Shown one piece after another: positions 10,255 to 19,306 of a DNA stretch of 64,000 nucleotides (positions are counted from its first letter, which is position 1; each line of letters starts with the position of its first letter). The notes beneath the pieces are model-generated. The model did not search any database, was not told the origin of the DNA, and saw nothing but the letters and a program-made list of their open reading frames with translations. Position numbers and translations under genes: made by a program. Source of the DNA: Verrucomicrobiota bacterium (GTDB taxonomy: Bacteria > Verrucomicrobiota > Verrucomicrobiia > Limisphaerales > CANJSG01); contig JBBQXJ010000005.1 in the NCBI GenBank assembly GCA_038209745.1, positions 27,153 to 91,152 on the forward strand, written 5' to 3'.

Positions 10255-11760
10255 ATGCCGGATATTGTCTATCTCCTCATCGGCGTCGTTATAGGCGCGG
10301 TTCTCGGTTGCCTCGCCGGCTACGTGCTGGCCCTGCGCAAAGGCGGCGCACCACCCGACCAGCGCATCGAGAATGAACTCCGCCAACAAGTCGCCCAGCG
10401 CGAGGCCGCTCTCGCCGAGCAGCGCCGCCAGGCCGCAGAAGCCTCCAATGCCCGCGCGGGCGCCGAGGCCAGCCAACGCGGTGCCGAAGCCGCCGCCGCC
10501 GAGAGCCGCACCCAGCTCCAGCGCAGCGAGACGGACCTCGCCGCCCTCCGCAACGAGCTGACCCACGTCGCCCAGAAGCGCGCCGCCGCCGAAGCGGAGC
10601 GCGACGCCGCCAACCAGCGGATCACGGCCCAGCAGGCTGAAATGGATCGCCGTTTCCTGGATCTCCAAAGGGCCCAGGACAAGGCCTTGGTCGATCTTCG
10701 CCTCAGCTTCCAGGCGCTCAGCACCGAGGCCTTGCAGAAGTCGCAGCCGGAGTTTCTCCGCCTCGCCAACGAGACGCTCGGCAAGTTCCAGGAACAGGCC
10801 AAGGGCGACCTCGCCCAGCGGCAGCAGGCCATCGCCACTCTGGTCGAGCCTCTCAAGCAGACGCTCACCACCTACCAGCAGCGCCTGCAACAAGCCGAGC
10901 AGGCCCAGTCCTCCACGCTGGGCGAAGTGAAGAAGCAGCTCGAACTCCTCGCCGTCCAAAGCCAGTCCCTCTCGTCGGAAACGCTCCAGCTCCGCCGCGT
11001 GCTCAGCTCGAACCAGGCGCGGGGACGTTGGGGCGAAGACACGTTGCGGCGCGTGGTCGAAGCCTCCGGCATGAGCGTCCACTGCGAGTTCGAGGAACAG
11101 GCGGTGGCCGGTGACGCCAAGCCCGACATGGTCGTCCGCCTGCCCGGCGATCGCTTCATCATCGTGGACGCCAAAGTGCCGGATCTCGACTTCCTCCAGG
11201 CCCTGGACGAGGCCGACTCCACCAAACGCGCCGCAGCTCTCGGCGCCCATGCGGCCAAGCTGAAGAGCACGATCAAAGCCCTCGCCGACCGCGACTATCC
11301 TTCCCAGTTCCCCGACGCTCTCGACCACGTCGTGCTTTTCGTCCCGGCCGAATCCCTTTTCAGCGCCGCGCTGGAAGGCGACCGCGACCTGCTCATCTGG
11401 GCCGCCCAAAAGCGCATCCTCCTCGCCACGCCCGCCTCGCTCATCGCGCTCCTGCGCTCGGTCGCCGTGAGCTGGCAGCAGCATGAACAGACCAAGAATG
11501 CCCGCGACATCGCCATCGCCGCCGGCGAACTCTTTCAACGCGTGGTGAAGTTCACCGAACATTTCGACGCCATCCGCGCCGGACTCGAACGGGCCAACAA
11601 GTCCTACAACGACGCCGTCGGCAGCTACGAACGCATGGTCCGCCCCAGCGGTGAACGCGTGCTCAAGCTCGGTGGAGGCCAAGTGGAGAAGCCCTTGGAA
11701 GAGATCGCCCCGATCCAGACCCCGCTTCGTCTACCGCCCGTTCCCGCGACGGAACCCTAG
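10255..11760 (+). CDS. rmuC: DNA recombination protein RmuC
   Basis: N-terminal TM, long coiled coil, RGRWGE, PDMVVRLP, IVDAK, FVPAE. Confidence 0.92.
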   Translation: MPDIVYLLIGVVIGAVLGCLAGYVLALRKGGAPPDQRIENELRQQVAQREAALAEQRRQAAEASNARAGAEASQRGAEAAAAESRTQLQRSETDLAALRNELTHVAQKRAAAEAERDAANQRITAQQAEMDRRFLDLQRAQDKALVDLRLSFQALSTEALQKSQPEFLRLANETLGKFQEQAKGDLAQRQQAIATLVEPLKQTLTTYQQRLQQAEQAQSSTLGEVKKQLELLAVQSQSLSSETLQLRRVLSSNQARGRWGEDTLRRVVEASGMSVHCEFEEQAVAGDAKPDMVVRLPGDRFIIVDAKVPDLDFLQALDEADSTKRAAALGAHAAKLKSTIKALADRDYPSQFPDALDHVVLFVPAESLFSAALEGDRDLLIWAAQKRILLATPASLIALLRSVAVSWQQHEQTKNARDIAIAAGELFQRVVKFTEHFDAIRAGLERANKSYNDAVGSYERMVRPSGERVLKLGGGQVEKPLEEIAPIQTPLRLPPVPATEP

Positions 11761-11790
11761 ATCGAGCTTCATCGACCAAGCCCGGCAACG

Positions 11791-11823
11791 AAAACGCCCG
11801 ACCGTTTGACGCGGTCGGGCGTT
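11791..11823. terminator. Hairpin terminator between convergent genes
   Basis: AACGCCCGACCG / CGGTCGGGCGTT stem with A-run on the left, giving a U-tract on the minus strand. Confidence 0.7.
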
Positions 11824-11850
11824 GCGGTTTCGAATCGTCGAGGGCGTCTC

Positions 11851-14391
11851 TCAGCGGAACATCTTGTTCGCTTTGTCGCCTCGGCTGAGGAGGTAGGAGG
11901 TCAGGTCGAGGATTTCGTCCTGCTTCAGCACGTTCAACAGGCCCTCGGGCATCGGAGAGGTCTTGGAGGGCGCGATCTTGACGATGTTCTGGCGCTTGAC
12001 GTTCGTGAAATTGCCGGGGTCGAACATGTTCTCGGCGATGTTCAGGTCGTCGCCGTTCAAGTTCGCGATGCGTCCGACGACTTCGTCCCCGTTCTTCAGG
12101 GTGATGACGACGTTCCCGTATTGGTCGCTGATCTCCTTGTTCGGAAGGACGATCGATTCCAGCAGGTCGCGGGGGCTGAAGCGCCCTCCGATGCCGGTAA
12201 GATCGGGCCCGACCGCTCCGCCCTCGGTGGAGAAACGATGGCAGGCGGAGCAAAGGGCGCCGAAGAGCTCGTGGCCCCGGTCGAAATTGCGGCCGCTCTT
12301 CAACCCCTTGTCGAGAGCGGGGGCGAGATCGCCGAGGGTCCATTCCTTGACCGTCTGGCGGCCCGCGAGCGCGGCTCCGGGCGGCTTGATCACCGGCTGA
12401 GCGTCGATGATCGGCTTGAGCTCCGCCATCTCGGCGGGGCTGAGGTTCGCGACAGCGTCCTTCTTCATGTCGCGCAGGAAGCCACGAAGGCTCGCTCCAC
12501 CGCGGAAGCTGGCCGCATCAAGAAACCAGGCGAAGTAGGCCTTGTGCAGTTCCGGGGTCCATCCGTGCTTCAACACCCGGAGGAACCGCGCGTAGTCGAG
12601 TTGCTCTTCCTGGACACGCGAAGACTTCAGCGCGGCCATGATCTTGGTCGCGGCGTCCGAGGCGTCGAGATAGACGAGCATCTGGGCCAGTTCGGCATTG
12701 AGATGACGGCTGCCGCTGGGGAAGTGCGGATCGAACTTGCCGACCAGGCGCGCGCGCCAGGCCAGATCGGGTTCGCCCAGCCGGGTGAAGGCGAGACTGA
12801 AGGCGCGGAGCAGATCAATCTGCTGGCGCTCGTTGAGCTTGCTCCAGTCGATCCGATCCAGCGTGGTCAGGATGCGGTCCGCGAGCTTCGGATCCGGCTT
12901 CGGATCGGTGGCCTTGCGATGGACGGAGTCGAGGCTGCTGACGCGGGCGAGGGCGATCATCGCCTCGATGGCGGTGTCGGGATCGGTTGCGGCGAGAGCC
13001 TTTTCGCTCCACTGCGCCGCCGGCTGCCATTCCAGCGCAACGCGGGCCGCGAAGCGCAGGTTGCGATCTGGGCTGCCGAGAAATTTCCAGGCATCGGCGA
13101 CGGCGGCCGGATCCTGATGACCGTGGAAGCTCTCCAGATGGCGCCGAGCCGCGAGGGCCGGGCGCATCATCTTGTTCTGCTTCACCAGGGAGGTGGACTC
13201 GGTGCCGGTGTAGGTCACGCGGTAGAGACCGGACTGGGTCCGGCGACCGCCGATGGTGAAGTAGAGGGCGTGGTCGGCCGGATTGACCACGATGTCGGTC
13301 AGGGGCAGAGGAGAACCGGTGATGAACTCCTCCTTCTCGGCGGTGTAACCGGCGCCGTCGGGCTTCAGGTGGATGGCGTAGAGTTTTCCGTAGCTCCAGT
13401 CGTTTATGAAGAAGGCTTCCTGATATTTCGCGGGGAAAGCGGCCCCGTAGCCGAAGCTGACGCCGGTCGGAGAACCGGGGCCGATGTCGATGACGGAGCC
13501 AAGGCTGTCCGGGTAGTAGTCGGGCCACTTGCCGGCGCCGCTGCGCCAACCAAACTCTCCTCCGCTGGCGACGAAGTTCACCCGCGTCGGCCGATACCAC
13601 GGCGTGTTCATGTCCCACTCCATGTCGGCGTCGAAGGTGAAGAGGTCGCCATCGCGGTTGTAGGCGGCGTCATATTCGTTGCGGAACCCGTTCGCCATCA
13701 GCTCCCATTGGCTGCCGTCCGGGCTCATCCGTGCGATCCAGCCGCCGGGGGCCAGGGTGCCCTTCATGAAGCCGTTGCCGTCCCAGAGGCGGGGCAGGAG
13801 ATGGTCTTCGCTCCAGCGCAGGGGCACGCGCGACGAATCGATCTTGGTCAGGGCGGTCTGGTCGCCGACGACGATGGTCAGCGTTTTGCCGTCGGGCGAA
13901 AGGACGATGGAGTGGGGGCCGTGTTCACCGCCGCCTTCGAGCTTGCGCAGCAGTTTTACCTCGTCGAACTGGTCGTTTCCCTTGGTGTCGCGCACCCGAT
14001 AGATTCCCCGTCCTTGGTAGGCGTCGTTGGCCACCATCACGTAGAGGCTGTCGAAGGCGTAAAGGAGCCCCTGCGCCTCGCCCACCTCGACGGCGAGCTT
14101 CTCGACCTTGGCCGCACCAGACGAGCCGATGGGCGCGGGCGTGATCCGGAAGAGCCCGCCGTATTGATCAGAAACGATCAGGCGACCCTTCGGATCGGGC
14201 GTCATGGCGACCCAGGAACCTTCCTGGTCCTTGGGCACATTGTGGATGAGCTCGACCTTGAACCCCTTGGCGACGGTCAACGAGCCGGGAGCGGTCGCGG
14301 AGGCGCCGTAATCGGCGGCATAGACGGAAAAGCCGAGCAAACCGGTGGCGGCGAGCAAACCGGTCCAAGATTTCAGATTGGCAGATGACAT
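11851..14391 (-). CDS. PVC-type heme-binding protein (glucose/sorbosone-dehydrogenase-like propeller, helical region, cytochrome c)
   Basis: Signal peptide, GFRNEY, DADMEWD, GPGSPTG, CSACH, GPDLTG, SPMPEGL. Confidence 0.85.
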   Translation of the reverse strand: MSSANLKSWTGLLAATGLLGFSVYAADYGASATAPGSLTVAKGFKVELIHNVPKDQEGSWVAMTPDPKGRLIVSDQYGGLFRITPAPIGSSGAAKVEKLAVEVGEAQGLLYAFDSLYVMVANDAYQGRGIYRVRDTKGNDQFDEVKLLRKLEGGGEHGPHSIVLSPDGKTLTIVVGDQTALTKIDSSRVPLRWSEDHLLPRLWDGNGFMKGTLAPGGWIARMSPDGSQWELMANGFRNEYDAAYNRDGDLFTFDADMEWDMNTPWYRPTRVNFVASGGEFGWRSGAGKWPDYYPDSLGSVIDIGPGSPTGVSFGYGAAFPAKYQEAFFINDWSYGKLYAIHLKPDGAGYTAEKEEFITGSPLPLTDIVVNPADHALYFTIGGRRTQSGLYRVTYTGTESTSLVKQNKMMRPALAARRHLESFHGHQDPAAVADAWKFLGSPDRNLRFAARVALEWQPAAQWSEKALAATDPDTAIEAMIALARVSSLDSVHRKATDPKPDPKLADRILTTLDRIDWSKLNERQQIDLLRAFSLAFTRLGEPDLAWRARLVGKFDPHFPSGSRHLNAELAQMLVYLDASDAATKIMAALKSSRVQEEQLDYARFLRVLKHGWTPELHKAYFAWFLDAASFRGGASLRGFLRDMKKDAVANLSPAEMAELKPIIDAQPVIKPPGAALAGRQTVKEWTLGDLAPALDKGLKSGRNFDRGHELFGALCSACHRFSTEGGAVGPDLTGIGGRFSPRDLLESIVLPNKEISDQYGNVVITLKNGDEVVGRIANLNGDDLNIAENMFDPGNFTNVKRQNIVKIAPSKTSPMPEGLLNVLKQDEILDLTSYLLSRGDKANKMFR

Positions 14392-14591
14392 GGTGATGGA
14401 GGGAAGTTATCCAGAAGCCTAGGGGGGATGTAAAGAAACCCAAATGGGTCTATCGGATCGTCCTAAAACCGCCGTTCGCGCCTTCCGGGCAGAAAGAAAG
14501 CACGGCTGCAGCACAAAATCCCTCGCCACCATGCTGCGCCGCATCCGCGAATCTCTTTGGCAACCGCCGGCGCCTTTTCCACCCTCGACGA

Positions 14592-15230
14592 ATGAACCGC
14601 TCCGAGATCCTCGCCCAATTGACCGCCGCCAAGATCGTCGCCGTCATCCGCGCCAAACGCACCGACCAGGCCCTGCCCCTCTGCCGCGCGCTCGTCGCCG
14701 GCGGGGTGACCAATCTGGAGATCACCATGACCACGCCGAATGCGCTCCAAGCCATCCGCGAAGTGGCGGCAGCGCTGGGCGGACAAGCCTTGGTCGGCGT
14801 CGGCACGATCCTCGACGCGGCCACGGCCACGGCGGCGATCGAAGCCGGCGCCCAATTTGTGGTCACCCCGATCATGCGTCCGGACATCGCCAAAGCCGCC
14901 CACGCGCTGGACAAACCCGTCATGCTCGGCGCCTACACGCCCACCGAGGCCCAACTCGCCCACGAAGCCGGCGCCGACTGCGTCAAGCTCTTCCCCGCCG
15001 AAGGCCTCGGCCTCGCCTACATCAAATCCCTTCGCGCCCCGTTGCCGCACTTGAAGATCGTCCCCACCGGCGGCGTGGACCTGAACAACGTGGCCGACTT
15101 CTTCGCCGCCGGCTGCACGGCGGTCGGCGTCGGCTCCAGCCTGATCAGCGCCCACGTGCTGGCCAACGACGACTGGGAGGCATTGACGAGGAAAGCGGCG
15201 GAATTTTCCGCGAAGGTGCAAGGGCTGTAG
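14592..15230 (+). CDS. eda: KDPG/KHG aldolase
   Basis: EITMTTP, GVGTI, TPTE, VKLFPA, PTGGV. Confidence 0.9.
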   Translation: MNRSEILAQLTAAKIVAVIRAKRTDQALPLCRALVAGGVTNLEITMTTPNALQAIREVAAALGGQALVGVGTILDAATATAAIEAGAQFVVTPIMRPDIAKAAHALDKPVMLGAYTPTEAQLAHEAGADCVKLFPAEGLGLAYIKSLRAPLPHLKIVPTGGVDLNNVADFFAAGCTAVGVGSSLISAHVLANDDWEALTRKAAEFSAKVQGL

Positions 15231-15367
15231 CCGTCGTTGCTATTCTCTCCACCCGGAGACCGTGTTCTCAACGGAACGCGGTCACGGAGAATTCTGCTGC
15301 CACAGAACTTCGATTAGACGCAACTCCATCAAGACAGATCCATTTTCGAACCGACCCGCGCCAAATC

Positions 15368-15766
15368 ATGCAAGGCAGACTCCCCAGCATCCTGACCGTC
15401 GGATTCCTTTTGGCCGGTTGCGCCACGAACCCGTCTCGGCCCCTCGCGGACCCATCGAGGGCAGCTGAAGTCGTGGTGATCCACCAGGACTCCATCCTCT
15501 GCGGCGCGGATATTTTCGGCAAAGTGACGGTTGACGGATATGTCGTAGCCACCCTTTTCCCCGGAAAATACGTCCGTCTGAAGCTGGATGCGGGCGTCCA
15601 TCGCATCGGCACCACGGATGGGAGCGCACCGTTTCATCTCGAGGCAAACCGACACTACTTCTTTGTGGTGACCGCCGGCTACAGAGGCATCTTCACCACT
15701 GAACGGATCGACGGGGCGGTCGCGACCAAGTTCCTGCCCATATCCAAAGCAGCCACGCTCCAGTGA
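15368..15766 (+). CDS. Small lipoprotein (DUF2846-like)
   Basis: MQGRLPSILTVGFLLAGC lipobox; VDG..V..L..GKY..L.AG.H pattern. Confidence 0.6.
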   Translation: MQGRLPSILTVGFLLAGCATNPSRPLADPSRAAEVVVIHQDSILCGADIFGKVTVDGYVVATLFPGKYVRLKLDAGVHRIGTTDGSAPFHLEANRHYFFVVTAGYRGIFTTERIDGAVATKFLPISKAATLQ

Positions 15767-15889
15767 GTCTACGGAGCGGGTTCAGGTCGATTCGGCCAAA
15801 AGCGGTCGTCTCCGATCAGAAGACGGACGCCGGAGATAGCCGCCCGTCTCTCGCCTCCGTCTCCGCATGAACAACCTCTTGAGCCTCCA

Positions 15890-16282
15890 CATTTAGAGAG
15901 CTTGGCCAAGCGGGCGATCTGGAAGCCGGGGAGCTTGCGGCGGCGCAGGGCCAGGACTCGGAGGACCCGCAGACGATGGAGGCCGTCCGGGGAGCGTTTT
16001 GGCCTAGAAGAACGGGTCTCAAGACCGCAGTGCCATCGGCGCGGAAACGGGCCAGCCACTTCTGGGCCGAGCCGACCGCGATCCCGAACCCGAACCCGGC
16101 GGCGACCTCGGCGACGGGCTGGCGGAGTTCCACGATGCGCTTTACCAGTTCGGCTCGACCCAGCGGGGTGAGCTTGGCATTGCTATGGGCGTTCATGCGG
16201 GGGTGGTTCCTAGATCGGTGTTGTTTTCACAATCCCATCGGTCCAGCTCCGCCTCGCATGAACACCCTCCCGGAACATCACA
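15890..16282 (-). mobile_element. IS481-family remnant (frameshifted, truncated transposase; one end intact)
   Basis: MNAHSNAKLTPLGRAELV..KWLARFRADG continues after a frameshift as GLETRSSRP..LALRRRK. Minus-strand end 5'-TGTGATGTTCC at 16282 is flanked by GCTAGC (NCTAGN target). No DDE domain; left coordinate approximate. Confidence 0.85.
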
Positions 16283-16415
16283 GCTAGCCAAATCTCCCCG
16301 CCTTGTGGCTCAGCGTCTTCGGCCGTAGGAAAAAAGACCCTTCCCATCGACCCTCATCTCGCGAGATTGCCCTTGCCATTGATCGGGTCTGGTGGCAGAA
16401 ATTCAGACCCTTGAT

Positions 16416-16492
<77 letters not shown>

Positions 16493-16505
16493 ATTTCAAA
16501 TCGTG

Positions 16506-16548
16506 AAGTCCCGTGACTGTTGAAGACAGCGCGGGATTTCCGCTTTTT
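16506..16548 (+). terminator. Imperfect hairpin and T-run downstream of the tRNA
   Basis: AAGTCCCGTGACTGT-TGAAG-ACAGCGCGGGATTT followed by CTTTTT. Confidence 0.5.
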
Positions 16549-16558
16549 CAGGGATCAA

Positions 16559-16600
16559 CTCCAGTCCACAGCCTCCAGTCCACAGCCTCCAGTCCACAGC
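16559..16600 (+). repeat. Tandem repeat (CTCCAGTCCACAGC)x3
   Basis: Three exact 14-bp copies, each made of two heptamers. Confidence 0.95.
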
Positions 16601-16697
16601 CGCAGCCCGGAAATGGTCGGTCGACTTCGCAATCGCCTCCCGTGGATTTCACCGCGACTCTGGCGTTCGCAATCCAGCCTCCTTCGCGCGGCATCCC

Positions 16698-17486
16698 ATG
16701 AACCCAGGACCAGTGACGTTATCTCTCCGGAGCCTGACCAAACGCTTCGGCTCACAGATCGCGGTCGACGCGCTCACCTTCGACGTTCCCGCGGGCCAGA
16801 TCGTCGGGTTCCTCGGACCGAACGGCGCCGGGAAGTCGACGACATTGAAAATGCTGACCGGGATGCTCCAACCGACCGCCGGTTCCGCCACGGTCTGCGG
16901 CTTCGACCTCGCGACCCAGGCCATCGAAGTGAAGCGCCACATCGGCTTCGTGCCGGACTCGGGCGCGGTCTTCGAATCGCTGTCCGGACTCGAGTATCTG
17001 GAGATGGTCGCCTCCCTCTATGCGATTCCGCCACGCGCCGCGTTGGAGCGGATCCGCCAGTTCATCGCCTTCTTCGACCTCAGCTTCGAGACCCTGACCG
17101 ACAAGCTGCTGGGCGCATATTCCAAGGGCATGCGGCGCAAGGTCGTGATCACCGCCGCCCTCCTCCACAATCCGCAGGTCGTCTTCTTCGATGAACCTCT
17201 GGACGGGCTGGACGCCAACGCGGCCGTCGGATTCAAGGCGCTGATCCAGACTCTGGCCAGAGAGGGCAAGACCATCGTCTACAGCTCCCACGTCCTCGAC
17301 GTGGTGGAGCGGGTTTGCGACCGCGTGATCATCATCGACAAAGGGCGCCTCTTGCTCGACGGCAAACCGGACCAACTGGTGGCCGAGCATCGGTCAGGCA
17401 CCTTGGAACGGCTCTTCACGGATCTGACCGGCGGGGCGGAACTGGAACGGCGCGCGGAAGACTTCGGCCGCACTTTCCGGCAATGA
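16698..17486 (+). CDS. ABC transporter ATP-binding protein
   Basis: GPNGAGKST, YSKGM, FFDEP, SSH. Confidence 0.95.
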   Translation: MNPGPVTLSLRSLTKRFGSQIAVDALTFDVPAGQIVGFLGPNGAGKSTTLKMLTGMLQPTAGSATVCGFDLATQAIEVKRHIGFVPDSGAVFESLSGLEYLEMVASLYAIPPRAALERIRQFIAFFDLSFETLTDKLLGAYSKGMRRKVVITAALLHNPQVVFFDEPLDGLDANAAVGFKALIQTLAREGKTIVYSSHVLDVVERVCDRVIIIDKGRLLLDGKPDQLVAEHRSGTLERLFTDLTGGAELERRAEDFGRTFRQ

Positions 17487-19135
17487 GCGACGTCGTCACC
17501 CAGCCTCCGCCCATCCCGCCGGACCCGCCAGCGCCACCGGTCCGGAAAGCGTTGCGCCGTCTCTATCTGACCTTGTTTCTGCGCGGGCGATCGTCGCGGG
17601 GACTGCAGAAGGGCAAGGCCCCACAATCGATCGGATCGAAGCTGGCGCTAAGCCTGTTCTTCTACGCCTTGATGGGATTGATGGCGCTCTTCTTCCTGCG
17701 CCACACGGTCCATGTGATGTCGGTCTATCTCCACGCGATGACCCAGGTCTTCCTCGGGTTGTTCCTCTCGGCTTCGGCGGGGGAGATCCTGTTCAACAAG
17801 GAGGAGGGCGACATTCTCCTGCACCGTCCGATCAAGCCCGGCGTGCTGCTCTGGGCCAAGATCGGCGTCATGGTGGAGGTGTCCCTCTGGCTGGCCGGCG
17901 CCTTCAATCTGGCGGGCCTGGTCGGCGGCGTGTTCGTCAAAGACGGAGGCTGGATGTTCCCCGTGGTCCACGTGGTGTCCACCGCGTTGAGCGCATTGTT
18001 CTGCGCCGGCTCGGTGGTGTTGATCTACCAGTTGTGCCTTCGCTGGTTCGGCCGCGAAAAGCTGGATGGTCTGATGACCACGGCCCAAGTGCTGGTGGCG
18101 ATCGTGGCGGTGACCGCCGGGCAAATCCTGCCCCGCATGATGGGCCGCATGGGCGATCAAGTGGCCGCTGCCGCGACTTCCTGGTGGATCGCGATTCTCC
18201 CGCCGGCCTGGTTCGCGGCGATGGACGACGCCGTGGCCGGCAGCGGGGCCACCGCTTCCTGGATGTTGGGCGTTCTCGGCGTGGTCATCACCGCCACGGT
18301 GCTGTGGCTGGCCTTTGGCAAACTGGCGGCCACCTACGAATCCGGACTGCAATCGCTCTCCGAAGCCCAGCCCGCCAGGCCGAGGCTCCCATCGGGACGG
18401 GGCGGTCTGGAGCGGTTGCTGGGCTTTGCCCCGTTGCGCTGGTGGCTGCGCGACCCGGTGGAGCGCGCTTCCTTTCTCCTGTGCGCGGCCTACCTGCTGC
18501 GAGACCGGGATGTGAAGCTCCGCGTCTACCCCGGCATCGCCCCGATGCTGGTTCTGCCCGTCGTTTTTCTCATGGGCGGAACCCGCGGCGGCCCAGGGTC
18601 GGGCAACGAGTTCGGCCTGGTCATGGCGGGAGCCTACCTGGGAATCGTGCCGATCCTCGGGGTCTCGATGCTGCAATACTCGCAACAATGGCAGGCCGCG
18701 GACCTGTTCCGCGCCACGCCCTTGGCCGGCCCAGGCCCGCTGTGCCACGGCGCTCGGCGCGCCGTCCTGTTCTTCCTGGCCTTGCCGGTTGTGGCCATCG
18801 CCATGGTGCTGATGACTCTCATCTCCGGATCGCCGGCTCCTCTGCTGATGCTCATCCCAGGTCTGCTCCTGATGCCGGTCTGCTCGATGATCCCCTGCCT
18901 TTCAGGCGGTGGCGTTCCGCTCTCGCTCCCGACGGAAGAGGCCAAGTCCGCCGGCCGTGGCGTGATGATATTCGGCGCCATGATCGGTGCGGCCGTCGTC
19001 TCCGGCATGGCGGCGTTCGCCAAGTCATTCGGTTGGTTCTGGCCCTTCGTCGGCGTGGAGCTGCTGCTCGTGCTGGCCGTCTGCCGTGTCCTCGGCGCGA
19101 AGATCCGGTCCGCCCGCTGGAAGCCGATGGAGTAG
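17483..19135 (+). CDS. Putative ABC exporter permease
   Basis: Many TM helices; ATGA overlap with the ATPase gene; start MSDVVTQ. Confidence 0.8.
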   Translation: MSDVVTQPPPIPPDPPAPPVRKALRRLYLTLFLRGRSSRGLQKGKAPQSIGSKLALSLFFYALMGLMALFFLRHTVHVMSVYLHAMTQVFLGLFLSASAGEILFNKEEGDILLHRPIKPGVLLWAKIGVMVEVSLWLAGAFNLAGLVGGVFVKDGGWMFPVVHVVSTALSALFCAGSVVLIYQLCLRWFGREKLDGLMTTAQVLVAIVAVTAGQILPRMMGRMGDQVAAAATSWWIAILPPAWFAAMDDAVAGSGATASWMLGVLGVVITATVLWLAFGKLAATYESGLQSLSEAQPARPRLPSGRGGLERLLGFAPLRWWLRDPVERASFLLCAAYLLRDRDVKLRVYPGIAPMLVLPVVFLMGGTRGGPGSGNEFGLVMAGAYLGIVPILGVSMLQYSQQWQAADLFRATPLAGPGPLCHGARRAVLFFLALPVVAIAMVLMTLISGSPAPLLMLIPGLLLMPVCSMIPCLSGGGVPLSLPTEEAKSAGRGVMIFGAMIGAAVVSGMAAFAKSFGWFWPFVGVELLLVLAVCRVLGAKIRSARWKPME

Positions 19136-19160
19136 GCCAAGCCGACCCCCGTTTCAGAAA

Positions 19161-19236
19161 ATAGCCGCCGACGTGAGGAAGCAACGACGGGAGGCATGAT
19201 AAGCCGTTAAATCCGCCTCGTTACCTCGGCGGCTAC
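19161..19236. repeat. REP-like inverted doublet
   Basis: ATAGCCGCCGACGTGAGGAAGC ... GCCTCGTTACCTCGGCGGCTAC (GTAG foot on the minus strand) between convergent genes. Confidence 0.65.
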
Positions 19237-19306
19237 AAAGCGGCGGCCGCTTCAACAGCGTTCCGATTATGGCCCCGCCTTCTTGGCCGCTGCTTGGATA
19301 TCCTCG

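Noticed and set aside
7771..11682. 1303-aa minus-strand ORF and other long antisense ORFs (11806..14388, 34013..35794, 59330..61723)
   Set aside because: Antisense shadows of well-supported genes in high-GC DNA; no recognisable motifs
16559..16600. Possible CRISPR array
   Set aside because: Contiguous 14-bp repeats without spacers; no cas genes in the window
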